From Eledone cirrhosa (taxonomy: Eukaryota): 64,000 nt of DNA. Within the stretch, counting starts at the first letter, position 1. Each line of letters opens with the position of its first letter. Shown one piece after another: positions 26,093 to 44,230 of the stretch. The position numbers were made by a program, and so were the translations under genes. The stretch spans positions 234,050,001 through 234,114,000 of the forward strand of contig OZ024742.1 of the NCBI GenBank assembly GCA_964016885.1, read 5' to 3'. The notes beneath the pieces were generated by a model. The model was not told the origin of the DNA. It was given only the letters and a program-made list of their open reading frames with translations, and ran no database searches.

Positions 26093-26734
26093 AGACTTGC
26101 TTGCCCTGTACCACATGAAACCATATTAGCAAGATATTCATCAAAAGTACAAAACAGCACTATGACAATATCACATTAAAAATTAAAAGATTTACTCAAA
26201 TATTTTCACAAAAATCTGTCCACTAGTAAACATATTGCAAACATTTGGATTAACAAACCCGTTACTAATTTTTTTCTTCTAAACCATTACAGGATGTTAA
26301 GAGTTAAAAAGAGTAAACACTGAAGTAGATCTCTATTGATTTCGGCATTCATCAAGCGACTGGGGCATTGCAAACTAACAAAGTATTCATCAATAACACA
26401 TTGACATGTAGCCTGCAGCAAATATCTCACTGACTCAGCTAACTATTATTATCGTTGTTTAACATCCTTTTTCCATGCTAGCATATGTCATCATCATCTT
26501 TTTTTATTATCCACTTTTCCAGGCTGGCATGAGTTGAACAGAGTGTTTTTAAAGTTTTGTAGCTGGATGCTCTTCCTAATGCCAACCCTTTTAGTTGCCT
26601 ATTTACAACTTTCAGGGATATGATGTAACTATTCTAAAAACTGGGATGCATATGGTAAAGCATATATGTGTTAAACTAAGCAAAACCATCTAATATCAAG
26701 CCGTGACAATGCACCTAACACATGCCAACATGGA

Positions 26735-26850
26735 AAGCATTGGGAAAATTTGGAATGTGTGCAGCCCAACTAATATTTATAATGATCAACTATTATTATG
26801 GTCATTTGCATTGGGACATATACATTTCAAATTGTCTCTATGCTTCTTAA
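26735..26850. mobile_element. Short MITE-like element with imperfect terminal inverted repeats
   Basis: AAGCATTGGGAAAATTTGGAATGTGTG ... TATACATTTCAAATTGTCTCTATGCTT; similar sequence at 15365-15470. Confidence 0.5.
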
Positions 26851-27011
26851 GAAACCACTTTGTTTACACATCTAGCTACAGGTTTAGAATATTCTAAAAA
26901 AAAAGAAAAAATGGAATTGGTGGCCCAATGGCCCAAAAGATATGGAGTCAATTCTTCACAAGTGAATCTGTCCTCTTTTTCACTCTCCATAAATACTTTA
27001 CTTAATTACGT

Positions 27012-28385
27012 TCTAGAATGGAACAACTATAGAGGAATAAAACTAATGGATCAAGTTATGAAAGTGACAGAAAGTTTTATAGCGCAGCTAATGAGGGAAA
27101 GAGTCAAAATAGATTAGATGCAGTTTGGTTTCATGCCTGGGAAAAGTACTACAGGTGCTCTCTTCTTAAGAAGGCAACTACAAGAGAAGTAATAAACCAC
27201 TATGTTTAGCTTTTGTTGATCTAGAAAAGTCCTTTGACAGAGTACCTCAATCTATTATCTGGTGGTCCTTAAGAAAATTAGGTGTTAAAGAAATGGCTTG
27301 TGATGGCAGTGCAAGCTATGTACAGAGGAGATATCAGTAAAGTGAGAGTAGGAAATGAATTTAGTGAGGAATTCAAGGTACAGGTAGGAGTTCATCAAGG
27401 TTCAGTTCTTAGCCCACAACTGTTTATCATAGTTCTCCAGGCCATAGGAGTAGTTAAAACTTGCTGCCCATAGGAGTTTCTCTATACAGTTGATTTGATT
27501 TGATCCTTATAGCTAAAACTAAAAAAAGACTAGAAAATAGATTCTGATTACGGGAACTGAATTTGGAATCAAATTCAGTTCCCAGTTCCCGTAATCAGCC
27601 AAAACTAAAGTGCCAGTGAGTAGAAAAGAAGAAAAGACCCAGATTCCTTCAGGGAAGTAGCCTTGCTCAATATGTAGAAAAGGTGTAGGAATAAACTCCA
27701 TACAATATACACAATGTAAATCTTCGCTACACAAAAGATATTGTGGTATAACAAGTAAACTAACAGGGAAAACTTTGCATGTAGAAGATGGACAGGCGTA
27801 ATCAAGGGGAAGAGTGCCAATGATAAAAACCTTTTTTAATCACAGGAAGAATCCAGAGATATGGTTAATAGCTTCTGCTATCAAGGTAACCTAATTGGCA
27901 GTGGAGGAGGGTGCGCTGAGAGTATAATAGCTAGAATAAGGATAGGATGGAAATAGTTTCGAGAACTACTCCCATGGTTGACAACAAAAGGTTTCTCCCT
28001 ATGTACAAAAGGACGACTGTATGTGAAGTGCAATGCTGCATGGTAGAGAACATTGGCTGTGACTGCAGAGGACATGCGTGGACTGGAGATAAATATAGCA
28101 ACTATGCTTTGTTAGATGTGCAATGTAAATGTGAAAGAAAGGCAGAGCTCGGACGAGCTGAGGGAGAAGCTGGGTGTAAGAGGAATCTGAGGTGGTGTGT
28201 AAGAGAGACGACCGCATTGGTATGGACATGTGGTGTGCATGGACAATGACTGCTGGGTGAAGAAATGCAAGAAAATTCCAGAGGAAGGAAGCCACGGTAG
28301 AGGACAACCAAGAAAGACCAGCTCAGAGGTTGTGAAATCTGACCTCAAATTGCCAAGACTTGCAGAAAAGATGACAAAGGAACCT
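27012..28385 (+). mobile_element. RTE LINE, decayed RT and C-terminus
   Basis: NYRGIKLMDQVMKV, QFGFMPGKST, AFVDLEKSFDRVP, VGVHQGSVLSPQLFIIVL, WYGHV, RGQPRKT; many stops and frameshifts. Confidence 0.92.
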
Positions 28386-28835
28386 CTTACATATGTACAT
28401 ATATACATGATGGCTGCAAACTCTACTAAGAGTATTGCAATCGCTTATCAGATTACAGAAAATGGTGCACCTTTAGGCTTCAGCCAGCTACATGAACCTG
28501 TAACAGATCTTGAACAAGCAATGCCTGCGATTTGAAGGTTTTTTTAAGAGGGTTCAGATGCGTCCTTCTTCTTCTTCTCGTCATTGATTAACTAGAACTT
28601 AAGTTCACATATATAATTGACTCGTTTTCTCATTTTCCTCTCTTTACGTTGCCTTACCAATTTGTTTATTTACATGTCTCTCTTTCTCCACCCAATTCTT
28701 TTTATCCCAATAACTTATTTTAGTTATTGTTCGCACTGACTTTGAGGTATCTGGTCTGTAATGCGAAGAAATACCGATGATGGTCAGAAGATCACTGATG
28801 ACGGATAGTCCTGGTTTCTTGCTCTATGTTTTCAT

Positions 28836-34228
<5,393 letters not shown>

Positions 34229-34346
34229 CTTAGGGTAAACATTGATGCAATTCAATTCAAGCACTCAACATACTTTTTCAACATAGGAGTGACGGAGTAA
34301 ATATCGAATAAGTAAAAGCAAAGTAGTTTCAGATGTTCAAGTCCTT

Positions 34347-34511
34347 TAATAATAATTGTTTCTACTTTTGGCACAAGGCCAGCAATTATCCCAGTGTATT
34401 ACTGGTACTTTATTTTATCGACCCCGTAAGGATGAAAGGCAAAGTTAACCTCGGCGGGATTTGAACTCAGAATGGAAAGGGCCGTAACTCTATGCTACAC
34501 AGCATGGCGTC
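34347..34511 (-). mobile_element. SINE family A nested in the hammerhead module
   Basis: Family A sequence; absent from the inverted copy at 34889-34972. Confidence 0.85.
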
Positions 34512-34512
34512 A

Positions 34513-34586
34513 GCTGTGACATATATTTCAATGACGACACTGGCCACACTGTTCTGTGTGCGAGTGTCGTGACATCATCAGACAGC
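34513..34586 (-). ncRNA. Type I hammerhead ribozyme motif
   Basis: GCTGT-CTGATGA-tgtc ACGACACT...AGTGTCGT catt-GAAA-TATATG-TC-ACAGC: 5-bp stem I, long stem II, GUC site. Confidence 0.75.
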
Positions 34587-34976
34587 TTGTTACATAATAA
34601 GGTTATGTTTCCGAGGCAATCCAAGTTGAATCGACATGGGAACGGATGAAGTGTGTGCTTTTGGGTTCTTCATCCGTTCCCCTGTGAGTACCAATTCACC
34701 CCCACCGGTCTGCGCAGGCGCATGTCCGAAGGAAGTTGACCATTAGCTACTGCCGATTTCAACGAAATTCGCTTAGTCAGTTCACCCTCTCAGCCAAACA
34801 ATGATCCATTTAGGCCTGTACCATAGTTTACTCCTACCAGTCCTGTCTGTGGCAGTCAACCGAAAGCCAGAGGGGATGGGAGAGTGTTGTGTCGTCATTC
34901 AAATATATATCACAGCATTATTATTAAAGGACTTGAACATCTGAAACTACTTCGCTTTTACTTATTCGATATATAC

Positions 34977-35011
<35 letters not shown>

Positions 35012-36193
35012 CATACATATATATATATACATGCATATATATATATACATGCATATATATATATACATGCATATATATACATATATACATATATATATAC
35101 ATGCATATATATATATACATGCATATATATATATACATGCATATATATATACATGCATATATATATATATACATGCATATATATGCATATATATATACAT
35201 ACACATATATATTTACATGCATATATATACATATGGTGGCTGCCAACTCGTTTTCGAGTACGGCCATTACTTTATATCCATGTAGGAGAACCCCTACCAA
35301 TGCGCTGAACAAGTGTGACTTTTTAGTCCAGCCAGCGACTTGAAAACTCTGGTACAAACACTACACTTGTGACAATTACTGACACATAGTGCTGGGCCCA
35401 TGGTACCATGTGATGACAAGTGCAGAGAGATCTCCAGATATAAAGCAATGCCTGTGCCGTGAAGCTTTTATAGTGAGCCAAGGCACTGCACAAAGCCAAT
35501 CCCACTCTCTTAACCAAGATGATATTTACCAAATAGAAGAACAAGTCAACATCATTGGATACCATCAGGGTTGCAGGTGTTATATCAGAGTTTTCCTTCT
35601 CCTAGAATTCTGCCTTGACAAGGGCTAAGGGGTCATCTCTCCCGGTGATTTTGGATGGCCATTGACTCTTAAGAGCTCCTTTGCCCTTTGACAGGTTTTG
35701 TTTTTAGTCCTGCAGGATGTCCAAAGTCACCCTCCTCACCAAGAAACCTTAGTGGGTTGCCAGTTTAGTCACCAACGACCCGACCATGAGATACGTTGTA
35801 CTGGGATACATGTTGCCAGTAGCACATACATATATATATATACATATATATATAAATGTAAGTATGTATGTATACATACATATATATATACATATATATA
35901 TATACATACATACATACATATATATGTCAGTGTTGAACAAAAAGGTGACGTGGTTGCCTAAACACTGTACGGCGTAATTCGGGCAGTTTGTTTGTTTACA
36001 AACAAACCGAGCATTATAATAAATGTTCGGTAAACCGATACGTGCATATATATATGTGTGCATGTATGTATATATATACATACTACTGTGCGTCTGTATA
36101 CATATATGTATGTATGTATACATACATACATACTTACATTTAAGTAAGTGCCATACTAAGAGTGAGAAATGAAATTTTGTTTCATTCTATTGC

Positions 36194-36233
<40 letters not shown>

Positions 36234-36294
36234 ATACATATATATATATACATATATATACATTTATATATATATACATATACATATATAAATT

Positions 36295-37300
36295 ATAAGA
36301 ATCAAAGAACTGTTCAAAACATTTTTATGCTTACAACTGTTTCCTCCAAACCAAGGTTTGGATTCTTTGGAGCAATTTATTATTGAATGAACACTTATAT
36401 CACCTCCTTTTCACCCAAGAGACATACAGATACATATGCAAATATTGTGGGTCAACATTCATTATAGCATTTAGAGTGGCAGTACACACTTAGAGATTAC
36501 ATTCATATTAAAAGATACAATCAAAAATACAGGTTAAAATACAACATGAAATTAAGCGGTTATATAGGGCAAAGGTTATATGTGTGGCAAGCACGTGTGT
36601 CTTGTTTATATAGTGTGGCAGATAAAGAATTCGTCATATAAAGAATTCGTCACCAGATCAACCACCCTAACACTCTCGATTACCTGCTTAAGTGCTTCTA
36701 CTACACGTAACTCTCTCCCACACTGTATAAACAAGACGCACGTGCTTGCCACACATATAAATTGTTTGTGACTAATCCCAGTCTTTTTTTTAAAAAAACG
36801 CAATAATATTGCTATTTTGCTGAACTCCTTACACTTGTAGGGGGTTTTTTTTCGGAATGTTTTTGACTGTTGTTTCATGCAAACAGACATTCGTCTCAAT
36901 CTGACGTCACCAGCCATGTCTCTCCATGTGCGTTTATTTTTCATAATTACGGACAAGGTGAACTAGCCTGTCTTTAAATTCCCTTTTTGGCGTATTCTAT
37001 AGTGGTTTTAGGGTTATCGTGTTTGAGCTATGCTGATGAACGACTCCAACCTTGACCATCCCCACTGAAAGTTTCGCAAAATAGTCTTTTTTAAGACTAT
37101 ACAGAACATTTGTAGTTTTTCCAAATTGAAGGATGAGTATTTAAACTTTATTTTATTTTGAGTTAAGGCTCTATTGATTTTTCCCTGGATTTCACAAAAT
37201 TCTATGGATTAATCTATGTCTTGATTTTCTTTGAATTGAGTTTGAATTATTTTCCCACATCTTACGTTAACTATTTTTCCATTTTGACGTTATAGTCACA
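36295..37300 (-). mobile_element. Decayed Penelope-like 3' fragment (GIY-YIG remnant plus hammerhead)
   Basis: Minus-strand remnants GVVHQ...KREFKDRLVH...RELRVVEALKQ resemble GIY-YIG blocks; hammerhead-like motif downstream; (TA)n flanks. Confidence 0.5.
36328..36374 (-). ncRNA. Type I hammerhead motif with mutated core
   Basis: TGCT-CCAAAGA-a-TCCAAACC(tt)GGTTTGGA-g-GAAA-CAGTTG-TA-AGCA; core CUGANGA altered to CCAAAGA. Confidence 0.55.
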
Positions 37301-37351
37301 TATATTATGAAATACTGTTGGCTTCACACTCACAACAATTTCTATACTTTA

Positions 37352-37385
<34 letters not shown>

Positions 37386-37421
37386 TCATATATATACATA
37401 CATACATATATATATACATGC

Positions 37422-37454
<33 letters not shown>

Positions 37455-37550
37455 TATATGTATATATGTATATATATATGTATATAGATATATGTATATG
37501 TATATAGATATATGTATATATATATATATATATATATACATATATATACA

Positions 37551-37588
<38 letters not shown>

Positions 37589-37632
37589 CATATATCTATA
37601 TACATATACATATATCTATATACATATATATA

Positions 37633-37972
37633 TCACCATCATCATCATTTTACGTCCGCTTTTCCCTGCTTGCAAGGGTGGGACGGGAACTGATTCTGGC
37701 TTGATTTCTACAGCTGGATGCCCTTCCTAACACCAATCTCATTTATAGTGAGTGCTGGGTGCTTTTTTGCCGTGACACCTCCACGACCACTTTGCAGTGG
37801 AATGATATGGATCCCAGTCTCTATCATCTCATTTCTACAGCTGAGTAAACTGGAGCAAGGTGAAATAAAGTGTCTTGCTCAAGGAAACAACATATCACCC
37901 GGCCTGAGAATTGAACTCACAGCCTTTCGATTGCAAGGCCAATGCTCTAACCACTAAGGCACGTGTGCCTCC
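37633..37972 (-). mobile_element. Full-length tRNA-head SINE with RTE-derived tail
   Basis: Minus strand: TAGTGGTTAGAGC (A box), GAGTTCAATTC (B box), TTGAGCAAGACACT core, tail CCCACCCTTGCAAGCAGGGAAAAGCGGACGTAAAA(TGA)n. Confidence 0.9.
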
Positions 37973-38032
37973 ATATATATATAAGTAACAGAGCTAAATA
38001 TTTAATGTATAATAAACAACACAGTATAATTA

Positions 38033-38100
38033 CCTCATTACCCGAGGTTTCCCGAACAGGACGAACACAAGAGACGTCCGTATTCGTTCGTCAGATAAGG
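38033..38100 (-). ncRNA. Type I hammerhead ribozyme motif (best preserved)
   Basis: CCTTAT-CTGACGA-a-CGAATA c GGACG(11 nt)CGTCC TGTTCG-g-GAAA-CC(tcg)GG-TA-ATGAGG. Confidence 0.8.
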
Positions 38101-38137
38101 CGATATTGCCTTATACATAATATACATGAGAGAGAGA

Positions 38138-38448
38138 TTTAATATAGAAATGGCTTCTACAGGACTAGAACTGGTTTTTCATTCGAAGGAAATCATCAGG
38201 AAAGCCGACTGTCAATATACGGTGGTGTTTATACGTTTTCTGTTGGTAGGGGAAGGTGGTGATTGAGATGGATGGAAGTCATTGGCTGATGGATTTAAAG
38301 AATAGGGGTTATTTGAAAAAAAGATAGTGATACAGAATGATACAAATGTAGACAATCCTAATTTTCAAGGTCCATTTATTCTAAGCAAACAAAGGGTTTT
38401 CATTAAGTGGTTTTATCAACATGCTCTGTTTAAGGGTGAAGTCTGCAT

Positions 38449-38496
<48 letters not shown>

Positions 38497-38600
38497 TTCG
38501 AATGAAACAGTGCTAGTCCTGTAGAAGACATTTCTATATTAAATATTTATACTCTGCTATGTATTGAGTTCCTTACTGTGATTACCCCCGGTTGAACCCG
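38138..38600 (-). mobile_element. Penelope-like 3' terminus with 5' inverted partial copy
   Basis: Minus-strand DFTLKQSMLIKPLNEN resembles a GIY-YIG C-terminus; hammerhead 38152-38206; 38494-38544 is an inverted copy of 38138-38190. Confidence 0.6.
38152..38206 (-). ncRNA. Type I hammerhead motif (degenerate stems)
   Basis: GGCTTTC-CTGATGA-tTTC(cttc)GAAt-GAAA..CAGttctagtcCTG-TA-GAAGCC; the inverted copy preserves GAAA-CAG...CTG-TA. Confidence 0.6.
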
Positions 38601-38601
38601 A

Positions 38602-38656
<55 letters not shown>

Positions 38657-38677
38657 TATTATTATTATTATTATTAA

Positions 38678-38802
38678 ATCTGAGTTCAAATCCCGCCGAG
38701 GTTAACTTTGCCTTTCATCCTTACGGGGTCGATAAAATAAAGTACCAGTAATGTACTGGGTAATTGCTGGCCTTGTGTCTAAAGTAGAAACAATTATTAT
38801 TA
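38678..38802 (+). mobile_element. SINE family A, 5'-truncated
   Basis: From B-box to (ATT)n tail. Confidence 0.85.
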
Positions 38803-40083
38803 AATAGTATAAAATGATTAATTAATAATAGATATTGTTATACGTTGGGAGGGTCATGTATAGTTAAGAGCAAAATGAAAGATGGATGTTGTAACGTTCA
38901 TTCATTCTCGAATGGTAGTAGTATTATGAGACTCAGTGTTAACTGGGTGCCAAAACTGGGTAGTAGAATCGATTCACCGACTACTCTATATTATCCCATT
39001 TGCTCGCCTTATCTCCGTGTTTGAGAGCATGTCAGTGACAATAACAAATACATTTACTAAAGATGTCCGCAATCATTATAAGGAGTGACCATTGGTTTAC
39101 GTTTATACAACATAGACGAAATAGTTCATTTAAACAGTTTGAAGTCGACTCCGGTATGGTGTCATTTTACATGAGCAAGTGGGCGGTTTTATAACATGAC
39201 TGGGACACTCTTGGCAAATGTTGTAACTGAACAGATTATATAATTTCATTTAGTGGGAAATAAGTAGGAAAATGTGTGCTCTTTCATATATATATATACA
39301 TATATATACGTGCGTGTGTTAAGTGAGTAGGGCAGAAGGGAGATGTGTGTGTGACATAAAGAAACTGTATGACAGAAACATAGTGTGTATACATGTGTAC
39401 GCAAGTATATATAATGAGGCATATGTATGCACATTTATATATGTGTATGTATGCACACACATGTAAACTGTGTGTCCACGCGCGTTGAAAGTGTATGAAC
39501 TTTAACCCTGCTGGACCGATTGACGAATTACAGACACCTAACAAATTAATTCAAACGATGTTCAACCCATGGAAAGGAGCGACTCAATTATTTAATTGAA
39601 ATTTCCGTTTGCAATAGATGAACAATAATGATAAAAGTGATGATGAGGACGGGGATAATGGGAACAGAGGAAATGTAAAAATTTCTCTTGGGAAATGCAT
39701 GTACGCCACAACATCTCATTGCTACTTTGACACAACCCTAAGATATTCATGATTCATTATCATCACTGCCAATAATATACAATTAAAACTTATTAAGAGA
39801 TTGAAGAAAAGAGAGTGGTGAGATGAAGCTGAATAACAAAAATTCAACTTGATATTGAAACAAAGGGAAAATAATTGATTAAATTTTAGGGGGAAAATAT
39901 TAATTAAAATAAAAGTAATAGTAGGTTGGAGAATATACAAAATTTAATATTTGAAATATTCATCAATAAATAGACAAACGAAACAATGATTACAAAAGAA
40001 TTTTTTTTCAATTTACAATATGTAAAAATAAATGAAACGGGGGTGGATAAAAACAAAGAATACACACACATTATCTATGTATG

Positions 40084-40224
<141 letters not shown>

Positions 40225-41283
40225 ACACGTGTGTGTGTGTATATATATAGTAGTATCAGCAGACGGATCCATTGAGTAATGCGATCGATCATAGGAAGAG
40301 AAACACCTCAAAATTAAACAAAGCCTGAAATCATTGTGAAACAGCAGTGGTTGTGAACAGAATTGCTTCAGATGCTTGCCAGTGCACCCATCACGCGCAT
40401 ATACACATACATACATTCAACATATACACACAATACATACACAGAGAGGAAGGGAGGAGATGAACGCCCTTATATACACGTATTAGCTGTTTTCATCGAT
40501 TTGGTCATGACATTCTAGAGTTGAAAGATGTTATGCGAAAACAAGCAAGCAAACAAGCATATATATAATACATATATATATATATATTGAAACAGAGAAG
40601 AATAATTTTTTTTTAAATATATCTTACTGTAATAAAGATTTTCATTTTCCACCCACTATACATGTGTGTGTGTGTGTGCATGAATATACATGTGTATGCA
40701 TATGTCTATTAGTGTGTGTGTGAAATACGTTAATGCTAAAGTGACAGTGAACATGACAAAGTGCAGTTCAAGTTGTCACAGAAAATATGGGAATGAAGTT
40801 TATCTCGAGCAAAGGCTTTGTGAGAGGAACAAATTAAAAGAAAATAGAATATGACAAATGCACGTCCACTAAATGCATGTTCTTACACACACACACACAG
40901 ACACACATGTATGTGTGTGTGTGTGTGTGGTGTAGATTAATGCAAACTGTAAAGAACTTGAATGGCTTTCAGGTCGAAGGGACCGATACAACAAATACCA
41001 GTGATACACTGGTCTAGTCACTCCACAATTTCTGTCCCGTTCTATCATAGATCTAATGATAATTGATTAATAAACCATTGATTATGTGTGTGTGTGTGTG
41101 TATGTTGTTTGTGTCTGTATTATTTTTTTTTTCTCTTCGGAAAAGAAAATATTAAGGAAACAAGTGTTACTGAATCATTTTACACTAATAATTGTTTCTA
41201 TTTTACACTAATAATTGTTTCTATTTTACACTAATAATATGAATGAATAACTAGTGTTGAGCATAAAGACAAAATAGACAAGT

Positions 41284-42020
41284 ACTTACTTAGTTGAAAA
41301 CTGACTGCTGTTTATTAGAGCTGACTGCTGGCTACGTCATGGATCACATGATCCTGACCGGCTTCCGGGTCCAAGGAAATTATCGACAAACTCTCTTTCC
41401 TTTTCTCTTTTATTTATTGTCATAAAGAGACAGTGGAACAGATGAGAGAATTAAAGTCTTTGAAATAAGGAATGCGTGTATATGTGCGCTCACATTGTCA
41501 TTTTCTTTTTATATCTAATTGATTCTTTGTTCATATTTTATGACCAACTAAATAATTGACCAATTGTCAAGTTACTCTAATGTTCTACTGAATTTCTTTT
41601 TAAAATTGGAAAAGCTTTTTTTTATCTCTTATTTGCTTTAAAATGTCAATGAGCATATCGTTTTATCTTATGACTGTGCGTGTTGACATTAATTTCGTTT
41701 GTTAGATACATTTCTTCATATCGCCATTGAGTAGCAACAATAAGACTGACAGTTATTTTTCTTACAAGCTTTAGTCAATCAACTGAATTTATATAGTTCT
41801 AATCTGGAGTTGAAACTGGGTGTTTACATTTTTTCTACGACGCCCATGTATGCAATTATTAAAATTACTTGTTTGATTTGTCGATATTTATTGGCAACGG
41901 CTCTTTCATAGACGGCTATACTTAATCAGTCAAACTAAATTGATAACTTGGTTATGACATCGGCGTCACGGGCTCTTATTTACTCATCACTATCAAACAA
42001 AGACTTCGTGATAAGGTAAC
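41284..42020. promoter_or_regulatory. Candidate bidirectional promoter with two possible first exons
   Basis: Repeat-free, CpG-retaining stretch; minus strand CCGGAAG (41362-41368), TCATGTGA E-box, TGACGTA, then GTAAGT donor (41289-41284); plus strand ATG at 41954 open to AAG|GTAAC at 42015. Confidence 0.35.
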
Positions 42021-42457
42021 ACTTACGGAAATCTCAACAGTAGCTCAGTTTTTCATATCAGTATTTCATATCAGACATTTTTGGTGTGATATATTTCTAC
42101 TAATTAAAATTGTGACAGTTGATTTCTATTATTAATACAATTACAAAAGAAATTTTCCAATGTAAAAATGAAAAATCTTATAGTGCCAGTACACTGATAA
42201 TGACGTTACTTTATTGTAAGTTCAGTATACCATCACCTTCGTTTAACATGCGTTCTTCCATGCTGGCATGGGTTGAACAGGCGAGTGTGTGTGCGCGTAC
42301 AGGGCCTATAAGAGTTGGTACATTGGTCCGTGAATATCTAATACAGATCCTCAAAACGAAAAAAAAATCATCCCTTTTGAATTTTGGATTCGACACAAAG
42401 GAAACATTGTTCCACCATGCAAAATTTCCCTCTAAGCCCTGAGTATGTGCGTATGTA

Positions 42458-42860
42458 TCACCATCATCACCGCTTAACTATTTTCCATACCTGCTTGAGT
42501 TAGACGGGCTGTCAATGTTATGAGATTAGACAGCCCAAGTGACCACGTCATGCTTATACGCTCCATTTTTTTCTTCTTGTTTTTTGTGATTGTTGGGGCT
42601 TGGTTTTCTACGGTTGGATACCCTTCCTAACGCCAATCACCTTATAGTGTGTACTGGGAGCTTTTTTCGATATACCATCACTATCACCTTACAGGGTGGA
42701 ATGGGTGCTTTTTGTTGTGGTGTCAGCACTACCACTTTACAGGTTGGAGTAGGTGCTTTTTGTCATAGCACCAATATGACCATCTTACAGAGTGGATTGG
42801 GTGCTTTTTGTCATGGTACCAGTACGACCATCTTACAGGGTGAACTGGGTAGTATTTTCA
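42458..42860 (-). mobile_element. RTE-tailed SINE family B with internal ~50-bp tandem repeats
   Basis: GGATACCCTTCCTAACGCCAA then repeated GGTGCTTTTTG..CAC..ACC..TTACAG units. Confidence 0.7.
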
Positions 42861-43599
42861 GTTGTGGCACTGTAGGAGAGCAAGCGACATGTCATGGGGG
42901 TGACCTTGAAGAGAGTGTGTTGCACTTGGCAGCATATTATGGAGCATGCGAAGGTTAGACAGGATAAGTGTAACAGGGATGTGATAGCAGTTAGTTGGGG
43001 AGCACATCATCATCATTAAATGTGTATTTTCCATGAACACCTGAGCTAGTCAGGCTGTCACACTCTCAGACTTGGCCGGACAGGAGACCATGTCTAGTTC
43101 ATACGTTCCGTTTTGTTTTGGCATGGCCTCCATAGTCAGATACCCTTCCCAAGCCCATCTGAGCATTTTATCTGGGTACAAAATGGAGGATGCCGGCTTT
43201 CCATGCTGGTATAAGTTGGATGTGGAAGAAGTGGGGGGAGCGTCCATCTTTGTATGTTGGCATGAATTGGACTAGGCTAGGAGTGGGGATGAAAAGGAAT
43301 CTCTCTCCATGCTTGAAAGAGTTGGACAAGCAAGGTGGGGTGCGACTAAGGTGTGATATTTAGATAATGAAGGGGTGGGAATGGGGAGTATTAAGATGGG
43401 GGAAGGTGTACAAGGAAGATTGGTGCAAGCTACTGTCCTTTCCATGCTTGTTTCATCCTGGACATATGAGGGGGCTAATCCTCTGCAGTATGGCATGTCA
43501 TCAGAGAACTTGATCTGGCATCATCTCCTTTGTAAGGTATATATATTTGGAAAATATCAAAGTCATCATTAGTTGAAAGCAATATGAGTCGATATATCT

Positions 43600-44230
43600 G
43601 AAGAAGCCTGATCAATGTTCAATGATACACGAAATGAATTTGCTGTCTCAGAGTAGCAACAAATAATTTGATTTTAAAAAGACTGATGTTGATAAAAAAA
43701 AAGAGGCTTGGAAGTGCCATTATGAGAGGCTGATGAATAAAGAAGAATAGTCAGGATAGCCAAGTTAATTGTAGTATTGCAGATAACACAATTAAAGAAG
43801 GACCTGCTGGACCATAAGGGTTAGTTGAGGAGATACTGAAAGCATCTGGTATGGTAGGCCACATGCTAACCACACATATGGTAAATCAGATAATACAGAA
43901 TAGCATCATACTCAGTGACTAGTGAAGCAGCAACATCAACAACTACAAAGGCAAAGGAGAGGCACTACACAGGGGACACTATGAAGGCATCAAGTTGATG
44001 GACCAGGTCATGGTTGACCTGAAGAAGGCCTTTGACAAGGTACTTCACTTCATAATCTGGTGGGCTCTTATGAAACTAAAGCTAGATGAATGGCTTGTGA
44101 GAGCCATACAAGCCATGTACAGATGTGCAATCAGCAAGGTCAGGGTTAATGAATACTGCAAATGGTGCTCTACCAGAAATCATTAATCATCCCCCTTCTA
44201 TTTATTATATTCCTCCAGGCTACAATATGT
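43600..44230 (+). mobile_element. RTE LINE fragment
   Basis: AWKCHYERLMN, YKGKGEAL, GIKLMDQVMVDLKKAFDKV..IIWWALMKLKLDEWLVRAIQAMY. Confidence 0.85.

Larger units (their letters stand above)
34230..34972 (-). mobile_element. Penelope-terminus-like module with hammerhead and 5' inverted partial copy
   Basis: Hammerhead 34513-34586; 34889-34972 is an inverted copy of 34301-34353 + 34513-34540; (TA)n on both flanks. Confidence 0.7.

Noticed and set aside
28774-28812. CCGATGA and CTGATGA each followed by a small stem
   Set aside because: No downstream GAAA/UH half; at most a deleted relic.
34638-34681. SECIS element, and selenocysteine read-through of Penelope TGA codons
   Set aside because: Stem is fully Watson-Crick with no GA/GA quartet; TGAs are better explained by CpG decay.
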